IMG/VR virus record: IMGVR_UViG_3300017766_002845
Location: 1 to 41,029 of that record
DNA: 41,029 bases
Direction: 5' to 3' (one strand)
Origin: a virus
Taxonomy: Duplodnaviria; Caudoviricetes
Below the pieces are notes generated by a model. The model was not told where the DNA came from. It saw only the letters and a list, made by a program, of their open reading frames with translations, and did not search any database. Positions 9,801 through 18,622 of this stretch are shown here, piece by piece (the stretch's first letter is position 1; each line of letters begins with the position of its first letter). The position numbers and the translations under genes are program-made.

Positions 9801-12800
9801 CGCGGCCTGGCGGTCATCACGCCAGAGGGCACGTTCCTGGCCAAGCAGTTTTCCGACAACGCTGTCGGCCGCCCCACGCCGCTGCGCTGGGGCTCGGCCG
9901 GCGAGATCGGCAAGGCCATTCGCGCGCTGATGTCCGAGAGCCCACAGGCTCGCAGCGGCATCGCGGGCGGCGCCCACAAGGTCCGCTCGTTCTACAACAA
10001 CATCGTGGCCCCCTTCGGCGGCGGTGACATCACGGTGGACACCCACGCTGTGGCCGCTGCTCTGCTGCGCCCGCTGGGCGGCACCACACCCGAGGTGCAG
10101 CACGCACTCAGCGGCGCGGTCATGGCGGGCGACCGCGCGCTGGGCTTCGACAGCATCGGCAGCAACAGCATCGTGGGCGTGACCGGCAGCTACGGGGTCT
10201 ACGCTGACGCCTACCGCGAGGTGGCTGACGAGTTCGGCCTGCTCCCGCGCGAGGTGCAGTCGATCACCTGGGAGGCCGTGCGCTTGCTCTTCGACAAGAA
10301 GGGCGCCACACTCAAAGATCAGACCGCCCAGGTGTGGGCGCAATTCAACCAAGGCCTCATCAGCGAGGAGCAGGCACATGAACAAATCTTTGAACTGGCT
10401 GGCGGCATTGGCCGACCAGATTGGGCCGACGGACTTGTCGACCCCCACCCCTTCGACAGCAGCTACCGACGGGATTCAGACCGCGCCGTCGGCACCCCCG
10501 ACCGGCAGTTCGAGGGAGATGTTGCAGCGCAAGCCGCAGCTGGAGGAGTTCAAGACGGTGGAGGAGTTCGAGGAGGCGATGGGCAGCTGGCAGCTGCACC
10601 AGCAGCGGATCTTGGCCTTGACCGCCCCCTCGCCGGCCTCCCAGCAACCGTCAGCGTCGATGGCGTAGAGGTCACCTTCGGCCCGTTCGCGCTCGCGCGC
10701 ACGGCGGCGGCCAACTACATGGCCAAGGCGGGCCTGCCCTACTCGCCACCCACCACCTACGCAGAGGTCGACCCCGAGCGCGCACGGCGCATCGCCGACG
10801 CGTTCGAGGCCATGCCGCACAACCCGAACGACCCCGAGGTCAAAGCCGCCTACGACGCGCTGGTGCGCGAAACGATGGCCCAGTGGCAGGCGGTCAAGGA
10901 GACCGGCCTGGTGGTGGAGTTCATCACCGGTGCGGACCCCTACGGCAACCCACGCAACGCCATCCTGGACGTGGTGCAGAACAACCACCTGTGGGTCTAC
11001 CCGACCGACGCGGGCTTCGGCGGCACCGAGTCCCTGGACGTCGACATCAGCGGCAACCCGCTGCTGGCTGTCGTGCCTGGCGAGCGCATCGCTGGGCGCG
11101 AGGTGCGCGTGAACGACCTGTTCCGCATCGTCCACGATTACTTTGGCCACATCAAAGAGGGTGTGGGCTTCCGCGCCGGTGGCGAGGAGAATGCCTGGCG
11201 CTCGCACTGGGCCATGTTCAGCCCGCTGGCGCGCGCCGCGCTCACGACCGAGACCCGTGGCCAGAACAGCTGGGTGAACTTCGGCCCCTACGCCGAGTTC
11301 AACAAGACGGCCAACGGCGGCGACACGCAGTACGCCCCGCAGAAGGTAGGCCTGCTGCCAGCATGGGCGGTGAACGAGGGCGCGACCGACGCGAACCCCG
11401 AGACCGGCGTCTACAACCAGTCGGCCGCCGCGCCCACCAAGGGTGTGCACTTCAGCAAGCAGCCGCGCATGATGCTTGACGGGCGCCTGTACGGCACGGG
11501 GCTCAAGGGCCTCGAGGCCGAGCGCATCGCAGCCAGTGGCGACCCCCGCCTGGCCGAGCGCGTGTACTTCTACATCGACGAGGGAAAGGGCATTCGACCC
11601 GAGGCCGGTGTTGGCGGCTTTGCGCACGAGGTGCAGCTGCCCCCGCTGTACGACGCGAAGGCCAACCCAGAAGGGCTGTGGGCCGCCGACCTGAACGTGG
11701 CCGAGCAGCGCATCCTGGACGCCGGCTACGCGGGCTACTTTGTGAGCAACGCGTTCAACGGTCAGGGCGCCGCTGTCGTGATCGGCAAGGCCTCGCGCGG
11801 CCTGCAAGCCGCGCAGATTCCCAACCCCACGACGGGCTACACCCCCGACCCGATGCGCGTGCCCACGCGCCTGACGCTCAGCCGTGAGCAGCTGGCTGCG
11901 CTCGACGAGCAGGCACTGCGGGCCGCCGCGCCCAGCGCCACCATTGACCGCAGCTTCGTGGCTGTGCGCCCTTCCTCGCTGTTCGTGGACGCGGCAGAGC
12001 TCGCGGCCATCCAGGACCAGCTGGCCGCCGCTGGCGTGGCGCTGCCTGCACAGAGCCAGTCGCTGCAACAGGGCCCCCGAGGCACGTTCAACCCGAGCAC
12101 GCTGACGATCAACCTGCTCGAGGCCGCCGACCTGTCGACCTTCCTGCACGAGACTGGGCACTTCTTCCTCGAGGTGATGGCCGACATCGCCAGCCAGCCC
12201 AACGCGCCGATGGACATCCAGAAGGACATGGGCGACGTGCTGGCGTGGTTCGGTGTGACCGACCTCTACGAGTGGAACACCCGCACGCTGGAGCAAAAGC
12301 GCCCCTACCACGAGAAGTTTGCCGAGTCGTTCGAGCGCTACCTGCTGGACGGCAAGTCCCCCAGCGTTGAGCTCAACTCGATCTTCGGGCGCTTCCGGTC
12401 GTGGATGCTGTCGGTGTACCGCTCGCTCAAGAACTTCATGGCGGTCAACACGAACGCGCAGTTGAGCGACGAGGTGCGCGCGGTGTTCGACCGGATGCTG
12501 GCCACCGACGAGCAGATCCAGCTGGCCGAGCAAATGGCCGGCTACGAGGCGGTGTACAAAACGGCCGACGAGGCTGGCATGAGCCCCGAGGAGTGGGCCG
12601 ACTACCAGGCCAAGCACCGCGCGGGGACCGAGCGCGCGATTGCCGAGATGCAGTCACGCAGCATCCGCGACCTGAAGTGGAGCATCAACGCCCGCAGCCG
12701 CGCCATGCGCGAACTGCAGCGCGAGACCAACGACCGGCGCAAGGCGATGCGCCTGGACGTGCAGGCCGAGGTGCGCGCGATGCCGGTGTACGCTGTGCAG

Positions 12801-15800
12801 CGCTGGCTCAAGACCGGCAAGATGCCCGATGGCGTCACCACCGTGGGCGGCAAGCTCTCGACCGCTGCGCTGCGCGAGATGTACGGGGACAACCCCGCCT
12901 CGCTGTGGCGCTACCTGGCCACCAACATGGTGACCAACGACAAGGTGGCCGGCTTGCACCCCAACGTGGTGGCCGACATGTTCGGCTTCCCCAACGGCGA
13001 CGCGCTGGTGCGCGAGATCGTCGACGCCTTCCCTGAAGAGCAGACCATCGACGGCATGACCGAGCAGCGCCTGCTCGAGACCTACGGCGAAGCGGTCACG
13101 CTGGACGGCATGGAAGCGGCTGCGACCGAGGCCATCCACAACGAGGCCCGGGCGCGCGCTGTCGCCACCGAGGTGGCCACCATGCGCAAGGCCTTGGGCC
13201 AGCGCGAGGGCAAGGTCAACGTGCTGATGAAGGCTGCCCGCCAGTTCGCGGAGCAGCTGGTGGCCCGGCGCAAGATCAAAGACCTCAAGCCCTCGGTCTT
13301 CACCGGTGCCGAGGCGCGTGCGGGCAAGAAGGCGCAGCGCGCCATGGCGGCCGGCGACCAGCAAGGCGCGGTCACCGCCAAGCGCGACCAGCTGCTGAAC
13401 CACTACGCGGCGAAGAACACCATGGCGGCGCTCAAGGAAGTCGAGCGCGGCCTGGCGTACCTGAAGAAGTTCGACAAAGAGACGGTGCGCAAGAACGTCG
13501 ACAACGGCTACCTCGACCAGATCGACCAGCTGCTCGAGCGCTTCGACCTGCGCGTCTCGGTGACGCAGCGCGACCTGGCCAAGCGGGCTTCGTTGCGCGA
13601 GTGGCTGGATTCGCAGCGCGAGGTGGGCCTGAACCCGACCGTGCCGCGCAGCATCGAGAACGAGGCCTACTCCCTGAGCTACAAGGAGATGCCGCTCGAG
13701 GAGTTCCGTGGGCTGGTCGAGACCGTGAAGAACATCGAACATCTGGGCCGGCTGAAGGAAAAGCTGCTGCGCGCCAAGGACGAGCGCGACTTCACCACCA
13801 TCGTCGACGAGATCACCGCCACGATCTACGACAGCACCGACAAGCGCACGGTGGAGCGCCTGAACGCCCCCACCAAGAAGGACCGCGCGGTCGACCTGTT
13901 GAAGAACTTCAGCAGCATGCACCGCAAGCTCTCGAGCTACATCCGGCAGCTGGACGGCTTCAAGGACGGCGGCCCGTTGTGGCGCGCTTTCGGGCGCAGC
14001 ATGAACGAGGCGGCCGACAGCGAGCAGACGATGATCGACAAGTCCAACCGCGCGCTGGCCGACATCTTCAAGCCCATGATCGAAGGCGGCAAGCTGCGCG
14101 AGCGGGTCAAGGTGCCCGGCATCCGGGAGACCCTGACGCTGGAGACGCGCCTGGCCGTGGCCCTGAACTGGGGCAACGACACCAACCGCAAGCGCGTGCT
14201 GGAGGGTGATGGCTGGTCGCAGGGCCAGGTCGACGCCATCCTGTCTTCGCTCACCGGCCCGCAGCTGGACTTCGTGCAGAAGGTGTGGGACCACATCGAC
14301 AGCTTCTGGCCAGCCATCAAGGCCAAGGAAGAGCGCCTGAGCGGCAGCGCCCCGGACAAGGTCGAGGCCAGTTCGTTCACGGTCAACGTGGATGGCCAGG
14401 CGCGCGTGATGCGTGGCGGCTACTACCCCATCAAGTACGACACGGCGCGCAGCGACAAGGCCGGCCAGCTGGACGCAGCGGCCATCGCGCAGCAGATGAA
14501 GCTGGGCGTGTTCAGCCGCAGCAGCACGCGCCGGGGGCACCTCGAGGAGCGCGCAGCTGGCGGCCTTGGCCCGGTGCGCAAGGACATCGGTGTCGTGTTC
14601 GAGCACGTAAACCAGGTGGTGCACGACCTGGCATGGCATGAGTGGCTGATCGACGCCAACCGCATCGTGCGCGACCCGCGCGTGCGCGCAGCTATCCGCG
14701 ACACGCTCGGCCCAGAGGTGCTGGACGAGTTCGTCAAGACGCTGCCCGACATCGCGGCCGGTGACGTGCCTGCGGCCTCGGCCTTCGAGCGCGGCATTAG
14801 CCACCTGCGCAACGGCACCACGGTGGTGGGCATGGGCTGGAACCTCGTGACCGCCATGATGCAGCCATTGGGCCTGACCCAGTCCATGGCGCGCATCGGG
14901 CCGAAGTGGGTGGCCAAAGGCATGGGCCGGTGGGTCGGCGACGCAGCCAAGCTGGAGAGCAGCGCGAAGTGGATGTACGAGAAGTCCGAGTTCATGCGCC
15001 TGCGCAGCACGGCGCTGAACCGGGAGGTGCGCGACCTGCGGGGCAAGCTGACGGGCGAGATGCCGTCGGCGCTGCAGGACACCTACTTCTGGTTCATCAT
15101 GAAGGGCCAGATCATCGCCGACCTGCCGACGTGGTACGGCCAGTACGAGAAGACCATGGCCGAGAGCAATGGCGACGAGTCGTTGGCGTTTGCCATGGCC
15201 GACCAGGCCGTGCGCGACTCGCAGGGCGGCGGGGCCATCAGCGACCTGGCGCGCATCCAACGTGGCGGCCCGCTGCAGAAACTCTTCACGAACTTCTACA
15301 GCTACTTCAGCACGACCTACAACCTGTTGGCCGAGCGCACCGCGCGCACCAGCTTCAAAGACCCGGTGTCGGTGGCGCGGTGGATGTCGGACTTCTTGCT
15401 CGTGGCTGTCGCACCGTCGGTGCTGGTCACACTGCTGAAGGCCGCCGTCAACGCAGCCATGGGCGGCGAAGACGACGAGGACGAGATCCTGGAGGCGGTG
15501 ATCCGGGACCAGATCGGTTTCCTGATGGGCACCATGGTCGGCCTGCGCGAACTGAGCGCGGCCACCAACGGCTTCTTCGGGTACAGCGGCCCGGCCGGCA
15601 CCCGGTTCTTCAGTGAGTTTGCCAAGCTGGGCAAGCAGATCGAGCAGGGCGAAGTCGACAAGGCGCTGCTCAAGGCGCTGAACAACAGCGCGGGCATCTT
15701 GCTGCACTACCCGGCCGGGGCCATCAACCGCTTCGTGGAGGGCGCGGTGGCGCTGAACGAGGGCGAGACCGAGAACCCTGCCGTCATGGTGTTCGGCCCA

Positions 15801-15812
15801 CCCCGGGACTGA
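6831..15812 (+). CDS. giant polyvalent internal virion protein (GNAT, HhH-glycosylase-like, HDxxGH, ART-like and zincin domains)
   Basis: 2993-aa ORF at the gp16 position; motifs VAVDKERKGQGIG, AALSPQKNW/KVRSFYNNI/VDTH/QSITW, FRIVHDYFGH, GVHFS/VYFY, TFLHETGH. Confidence 0.85.
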   Translation: MNDNPFALQNVKPEAPVEQAPAQEADNPFSLAAIQRSEKQQLQATLQDAVRVPPEKAARAAQLSKKLQIYADPLSQSLADIELQDAVMEADKKLATSPKLAKAMREGTDFARQSHDDIEPLSKVERSITDYPRSLAAGAAKGVGTALTGSAELLDIGARALDSGYRAVFGDNAADLLWFDNPTMGGVEIQMNPGAPLRMGGAGYTAIGEAVDIDAKNRAFDTDVASAVGQITTQIVAALTTGGASMIPVGMSQGAGEMADRVKADKAGQELTDVAVLAGAATGLLEKLPIDKILSNTPALRDGVFRWLGDKVVAGGLEATTEITQGILMDVARIATTNPDATIDVIDNLYEGGVAGTAAAILRAVMGIRGRTKQPLEQAGKANDDATKLSELFAAAAESRLKVRNVDSFAQFVQQAADETDGAPSAVYIDARTLADTLQQAGVSEAQIAELMPTVPEQLRDALATDGVVEIPIGDIAARVVGTPLEQVLLQHMRVEPDGLSQFEATQVAVEAEAMFQQAATSITSGAIDIASLQQSSEAVKTTVLDQLNATKRFRPEVNDAYATLVRDFYAATSVRLGVTPDELYARYPLRVIGAPIVPGDTPATTLNAENAAPITLPEGVSIREIADGTGFEAVDASGAVVGRLRDNLLRGQAEQINENANIDIVAVDKERKGQGIGRALYDAFDKKHGGRIAPSGKTTRDAWAVWKRNYPAKVEQFVQQEADRIAQGADPQQILAGITDPEVAQMVVERPFMQSGMPASPFAFAAPAEQTEADLANSRNASRVSPRAPTGVKATEDQYGEERLQPSIEAMSRAPSVLENTARELQKYPNFSNLTGTPMEVVQQAKERMKGNLRRLMTAFPQDLSDRARMWYVGGNRIAQRFADRYGFSTEQAALAIAALSPQKNWFENVSAAERVMDIVTNHSTEPWSEGMTAVANSRGWFDDPRISQSVTPDIAGKSLRDLFDPADMDASVTRMAWWVRAFDEANNPRGLAVITPEGTFLAKQFSDNAVGRPTPLRWGSAGEIGKAIRALMSESPQARSGIAGGAHKVRSFYNNIVAPFGGGDITVDTHAVAAALLRPLGGTTPEVQHALSGAVMAGDRALGFDSIGSNSIVGVTGSYGVYADAYREVADEFGLLPREVQSITWEAVRLLFDKKGATLKDQTAQVWAQFNQGLISEEQAHEQIFELAGGIGRPDWADGLVDPHPFDSSYRRDSDRAVGTPDRQFEGDVAAQAAAGGVQDGGGVRGGDGQLAAAPAADLGLDRPLAGLPATVSVDGVEVTFGPFALARTAAANYMAKAGLPYSPPTTYAEVDPERARRIADAFEAMPHNPNDPEVKAAYDALVRETMAQWQAVKETGLVVEFITGADPYGNPRNAILDVVQNNHLWVYPTDAGFGGTESLDVDISGNPLLAVVPGERIAGREVRVNDLFRIVHDYFGHIKEGVGFRAGGEENAWRSHWAMFSPLARAALTTETRGQNSWVNFGPYAEFNKTANGGDTQYAPQKVGLLPAWAVNEGATDANPETGVYNQSAAAPTKGVHFSKQPRMMLDGRLYGTGLKGLEAERIAASGDPRLAERVYFYIDEGKGIRPEAGVGGFAHEVQLPPLYDAKANPEGLWAADLNVAEQRILDAGYAGYFVSNAFNGQGAAVVIGKASRGLQAAQIPNPTTGYTPDPMRVPTRLTLSREQLAALDEQALRAAAPSATIDRSFVAVRPSSLFVDAAELAAIQDQLAAAGVALPAQSQSLQQGPRGTFNPSTLTINLLEAADLSTFLHETGHFFLEVMADIASQPNAPMDIQKDMGDVLAWFGVTDLYEWNTRTLEQKRPYHEKFAESFERYLLDGKSPSVELNSIFGRFRSWMLSVYRSLKNFMAVNTNAQLSDEVRAVFDRMLATDEQIQLAEQMAGYEAVYKTADEAGMSPEEWADYQAKHRAGTERAIAEMQSRSIRDLKWSINARSRAMRELQRETNDRRKAMRLDVQAEVRAMPVYAVQRWLKTGKMPDGVTTVGGKLSTAALREMYGDNPASLWRYLATNMVTNDKVAGLHPNVVADMFGFPNGDALVREIVDAFPEEQTIDGMTEQRLLETYGEAVTLDGMEAAATEAIHNEARARAVATEVATMRKALGQREGKVNVLMKAARQFAEQLVARRKIKDLKPSVFTGAEARAGKKAQRAMAAGDQQGAVTAKRDQLLNHYAAKNTMAALKEVERGLAYLKKFDKETVRKNVDNGYLDQIDQLLERFDLRVSVTQRDLAKRASLREWLDSQREVGLNPTVPRSIENEAYSLSYKEMPLEEFRGLVETVKNIEHLGRLKEKLLRAKDERDFTTIVDEITATIYDSTDKRTVERLNAPTKKDRAVDLLKNFSSMHRKLSSYIRQLDGFKDGGPLWRAFGRSMNEAADSEQTMIDKSNRALADIFKPMIEGGKLRERVKVPGIRETLTLETRLAVALNWGNDTNRKRVLEGDGWSQGQVDAILSSLTGPQLDFVQKVWDHIDSFWPAIKAKEERLSGSAPDKVEASSFTVNVDGQARVMRGGYYPIKYDTARSDKAGQLDAAAIAQQMKLGVFSRSSTRRGHLEERAAGGLGPVRKDIGVVFEHVNQVVHDLAWHEWLIDANRIVRDPRVRAAIRDTLGPEVLDEFVKTLPDIAAGDVPAASAFERGISHLRNGTTVVGMGWNLVTAMMQPLGLTQSMARIGPKWVAKGMGRWVGDAAKLESSAKWMYEKSEFMRLRSTALNREVRDLRGKLTGEMPSALQDTYFWFIMKGQIIADLPTWYGQYEKTMAESNGDESLAFAMADQAVRDSQGGGAISDLARIQRGGPLQKLFTNFYSYFSTTYNLLAERTARTSFKDPVSVARWMSDFLLVAVAPSVLVTLLKAAVNAAMGGEDDEDEILEAVIRDQIGFLMGTMVGLRELSAATNGFFGYSGPAGTRFFSEFAKLGKQIEQGEVDKALLKALNNSAGILLHYPAGAINRFVEGAVALNEGETENPAVMVFGPPRD
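10378..10668 (+). CDS. candidate overprinted gene (+1 frame) nested in the giant virion gene, 96 aa
   Basis: GAGGAG 7 nt before the ATG; GC3 bias moves from the main frame to this frame over about 10515-10665. Confidence 0.6.
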   Translation: MNKSLNWLAALADQIGPTDLSTPTPSTAATDGIQTAPSAPPTGSSREMLQRKPQLEEFKTVEEFEEAMGSWQLHQQRILALTAPSPASQQPSASMA

Positions 15813-15865
15813 CGGGCGCTTAAACCTGTTGGCCCCACCTATTCTTCCTTGATCGGAGCACACCC

Positions 15866-17158
15866 ATGACCGTAGCCGCAACCCCACGCCGCGCCGGCCC
15901 CTTCCCGGGGAACGACGTAACCACGACCCTGCCGTTCAGCTTCAAGGCGTTCAGCGAGGATGACGTGCGTGTGGACCTGACCGACGTCAACTCGGTCACC
16001 ACGACCTTGACGCTCACCAGCGACTACACGCTGACGCTGAACGTAGACCAGGAGAGTGACCCTGGTGGTGAGGTTGAACTGGCGGTACCCATCGCCACGG
16101 GCGAGATTGCCGTGGTGCTGGGCTCCACGCCGTACACCCAGGAGGCCGACCTCCCGTCGGGTGGCCGCTTCAACGACGAGGTGATCGAGCAGGCCCTGGA
16201 CCGCTTGGCGTTCCAGACCCAGCAGCTGGCCGAGGGGCTATCGCGCGCGGCGTCGGTGCCGACCACGGCGGGTGACGCCGAGGACTTGAACACCGCAGTG
16301 GCCGTGCTGGTGGCCAACATCGATGAGCTCAACATCGTGGTCGACAACATCGCAGATCTGGTCGCGTTGGCCGATGACATCGCCGACGTGAGCCTCGTGG
16401 CTGCGAACATCGCTGCTGTACTCGCCGCCCCGGGAGCGGCCGATGCCGCCGCTGCCTCGGCCGCCGCCGCCGCAGCCAGCGCGGCGAGCATCGCGCTCCC
16501 GTTGCCCACCACAAGCGGCGGCTCGGGAGCAAACTACGCCAGCGTCGCGGCACTGTTCAACGGCATCAAGCAGGACGCTTCCGAGACCTCCACGGGGGTT
16601 GTGGAAAAGCTGACCACAGCTGAAGCGCAAACCGGGACCGACGACACGCGGTACCACTCCGCCGCGACCATGAAGGCGGCGCAGATCCAGCACGGCACTG
16701 CGGTAACGCTGACCAACCAGACGTCTGTTGACTTCACAGGCATTCCAGCGTGGGCGAAGCGAATTACCATCACCTTTATGGGGGTTTCTTTGAATGGAAC
16801 CTCCAACTTGGTTCTTTTGTTAGGAGATTCTGGTGGTATGGAAACCACTGGCTATTTGGGGTCAGTAGCTATTCAAGTAGACGCTGGTGCGATCATTGTA
16901 GCTAACAATAGTGCCTCTACTCTGCTAACTGTTGGTAACGCCGCTGCCTATCTGTACCATGGACAAGTTATTCTGACATCTGTTGGTACTGGCAATCGCT
17001 GGGTCATGTCGCATATTTTTGGACTTGAAGGGACAGCGCGTATTGTCTATGGGGCGGGTAGTAAACAACTTTCTGCCGCACTAACCCAACTTCGAGTTAC
17101 AGCAAGCAACGGCACCGACCAAATGGACGCTGGCATTCTCAACATCAACTACGAGTGA
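15866..17158 (+). CDS. tail fibre (T7 gp17-like N-terminal anchor, AT-richer C-terminal tip)
   Basis: GNDVTTTLPFSFKAF...IEQALDRLAFQTQQL anchor motif; GGAG RBS; follows the ejection proteins. Confidence 0.8.
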   Translation: MTVAATPRRAGPFPGNDVTTTLPFSFKAFSEDDVRVDLTDVNSVTTTLTLTSDYTLTLNVDQESDPGGEVELAVPIATGEIAVVLGSTPYTQEADLPSGGRFNDEVIEQALDRLAFQTQQLAEGLSRAASVPTTAGDAEDLNTAVAVLVANIDELNIVVDNIADLVALADDIADVSLVAANIAAVLAAPGAADAAAASAAAAAASAASIALPLPTTSGGSGANYASVAALFNGIKQDASETSTGVVEKLTTAEAQTGTDDTRYHSAATMKAAQIQHGTAVTLTNQTSVDFTGIPAWAKRITITFMGVSLNGTSNLVLLLGDSGGMETTGYLGSVAIQVDAGAIIVANNSASTLLTVGNAAAYLYHGQVILTSVGTGNRWVMSHIFGLEGTARIVYGAGSKQLSAALTQLRVTASNGTDQMDAGILNINYE

Positions 17159-17544
17159 ATATGGACAACACCCAAACCGGCGTGTTTACCCCATCGGGCC
17201 ACGCGCTTCATCGCATGCTGTTTATCTTGCGGCCCAACGCTGCAGGGCAGTGGTACATCCAGAACGACGTGGACCACAAGAGCTTTGGCGTCAACCCGCA
17301 GATCATCCAGACGCCGACCTACCTCGAGGTCGTTTTCGACAAGCCCTACTCGCACGCCGGGGTGATCCAGATCACCAGTGATGACGACTTTAGAAACCGC
17401 ATCAGCGGGCACGGCAATCTTGGCCTGAACAGCACCCGGATCGTCGTTGTGGCGAACGGTGAAAAGATCAACCCAGCCGACGTCTACCAGTACCTGCCGG
17501 TGGGCGGCGGAAACTTCTGGTGCTCGGTCGAAATGTTCCGCTGA
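17155..17544 (+). CDS. hypothetical protein, possibly tail-fibre associated
   Basis: Coupled to the fibre stop (GTGA; alternative ATG at 17161); beta-rich 129 aa. Confidence 0.6.
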   Translation: MNMDNTQTGVFTPSGHALHRMLFILRPNAAGQWYIQNDVDHKSFGVNPQIIQTPTYLEVVFDKPYSHAGVIQITSDDDFRNRISGHGNLGLNSTRIVVVANGEKINPADVYQYLPVGGGNFWCSVEMFR

Positions 17545-17547
17545 ACC

Positions 17548-17904
17548 ATGAACCACATCGACTCTCCAACCACTGACGCCAGCTTGCTGCGCACCGTCTC
17601 GCGCCTCGAGTCTGGGCTTGAGGTATTGCACCAAGACGTGATCGAAGTCAAGGGGGCGATGAACAAACTGGCCGACGCCATCACCAAACTGGCCGTGATC
17701 GAGGAGCGCCAGAGCCAGGTCTCCAGCGCGGTCGAGCGGGCGTTCGGCGCCATCAGTGCGTTGACCCAACAGGTGGCCACCATCGAAGTGCGCATGGCCG
17801 CCATGACGGTGCACGGCGCAACCGCCAACAAGTGGATCGACCGCGCGCTGGTCGCGCTCATCGCCGCAGGCGTCGGCACCTTCTTTGGGAAGCTTATCGC
17901 ATGA
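17548..17904 (+). CDS. coiled-coil protein with C-terminal TM helix (lysis module, holin/antiholin-like)
   Basis: LADAITKLAVIEERQ coiled coil plus hydrophobic C-terminal ALVALIAAGVGTFFG. Confidence 0.65.
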   Translation: MNHIDSPTTDASLLRTVSRLESGLEVLHQDVIEVKGAMNKLADAITKLAVIEERQSQVSSAVERAFGAISALTQQVATIEVRMAAMTVHGATANKWIDRALVALIAAGVGTFFGKLIA

Positions 17905-18110
17905 ACTGGATCGACAAAATCGGCGGGCGCAAGTACACCATGACCTTGGGTTGTGGCGCAGTAACAGCGTTCCTGCAGTGGGACGGCAAGCTGGACCCGG
18001 GCGGGCTGGCTTACGTGGCGGTAATCACCGCGACGGTTGGCGCCTACATCGGTGGCAACATTCTGCAAAAGAAGCACGCTGCGGAAGCCGCAGAGGAAGC
18101 AAAGCGATGA
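17901..18110 (+). CDS. putative holin (2 TM segments)
   Basis: MNWIDKIGGRKY...VAVITATVGAYIGGN...KK; ATGA overlaps on both sides; immediately upstream of the endolysin. Confidence 0.7.
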   Translation: MNWIDKIGGRKYTMTLGCGAVTAFLQWDGKLDPGGLAYVAVITATVGAYIGGNILQKKHAAEAAEEAKR

Positions 18111-18622
18111 AGATCACAGTCACTGCCGGCCACGGCGCCGGTGACCCGGGCGCGGTCTACGACGGGCTGAAGGAAGCCGACCTGATGGCGCAGCTGCGCG
18201 ACGTGGTGGCTGACAAGCTGCGCAAGATGGGCCACACGGTGAAGACCGACGGCGCGAAGTGGCATAACCTACCCCTGGTGCACGCGCTCACCCTGGTGCC
18301 CGGCAGCGACGTGGCCATCGAGCTCCACACCAACGCGTTCACCAACCCGGCGGCGCGCGGTGTCGAGGTGGTGGCCCTGCCCAAGGACAAGGCAAAGGCC
18401 CAGCGAATCGCGCAAGCCATCTCCCGCGTGCTCGACACCCCGGTGCGCGGCGACGGCGGCTGGATCGATCAGTCGGCCTCGGCCCGTGGGCGCCTTGGCT
18501 TCGTGCGCGCGGGCGGCATGGTGGTCGAGGTGTTCTTCCTGTCTAACCCGGACGAGCGCGCCAAGTATCTGGCCAGCTACTGGCCGGTGGCCACGGCCAT
18601 CGCCGAGGCGGTGACAGCATGA
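18107..18622 (+). CDS. endolysin, N-acetylmuramoyl-L-alanine amidase (Amidase_3)
   Basis: AGHGAGDPGA, KE, IELHTNA, GVEV and VEVFFLSN zinc-amidase motifs. Confidence 0.9.
   Translation: MKITVTAGHGAGDPGAVYDGLKEADLMAQLRDVVADKLRKMGHTVKTDGAKWHNLPLVHALTLVPGSDVAIELHTNAFTNPAARGVEVVALPKDKAKAQRIAQAISRVLDTPVRGDGGWIDQSASARGRLGFVRAGGMVVEVFFLSNPDERAKYLASYWPVATAIAEAVTA

Noticed and set aside
6831-15812. Virion RNA polymerase (N4- or crAss-like)
   Set aside because: No recognisable RNAP catalytic motifs; promoters are host sigma70 type
7053-15887. Long minus-strand ORFs (1131, 713 and 1077 aa); similar shadows at 4918-6852, 23981-26335, 26660-28498 and 35934-38192
   Set aside because: Antisense shadows of high-GC3 genes, with no motifs or RBS
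15866-17544. BPP-1-type diversity-generating retroelement at the tail fibre
   Set aside because: No reverse transcriptase, and no template/variable repeat pair seen in the window
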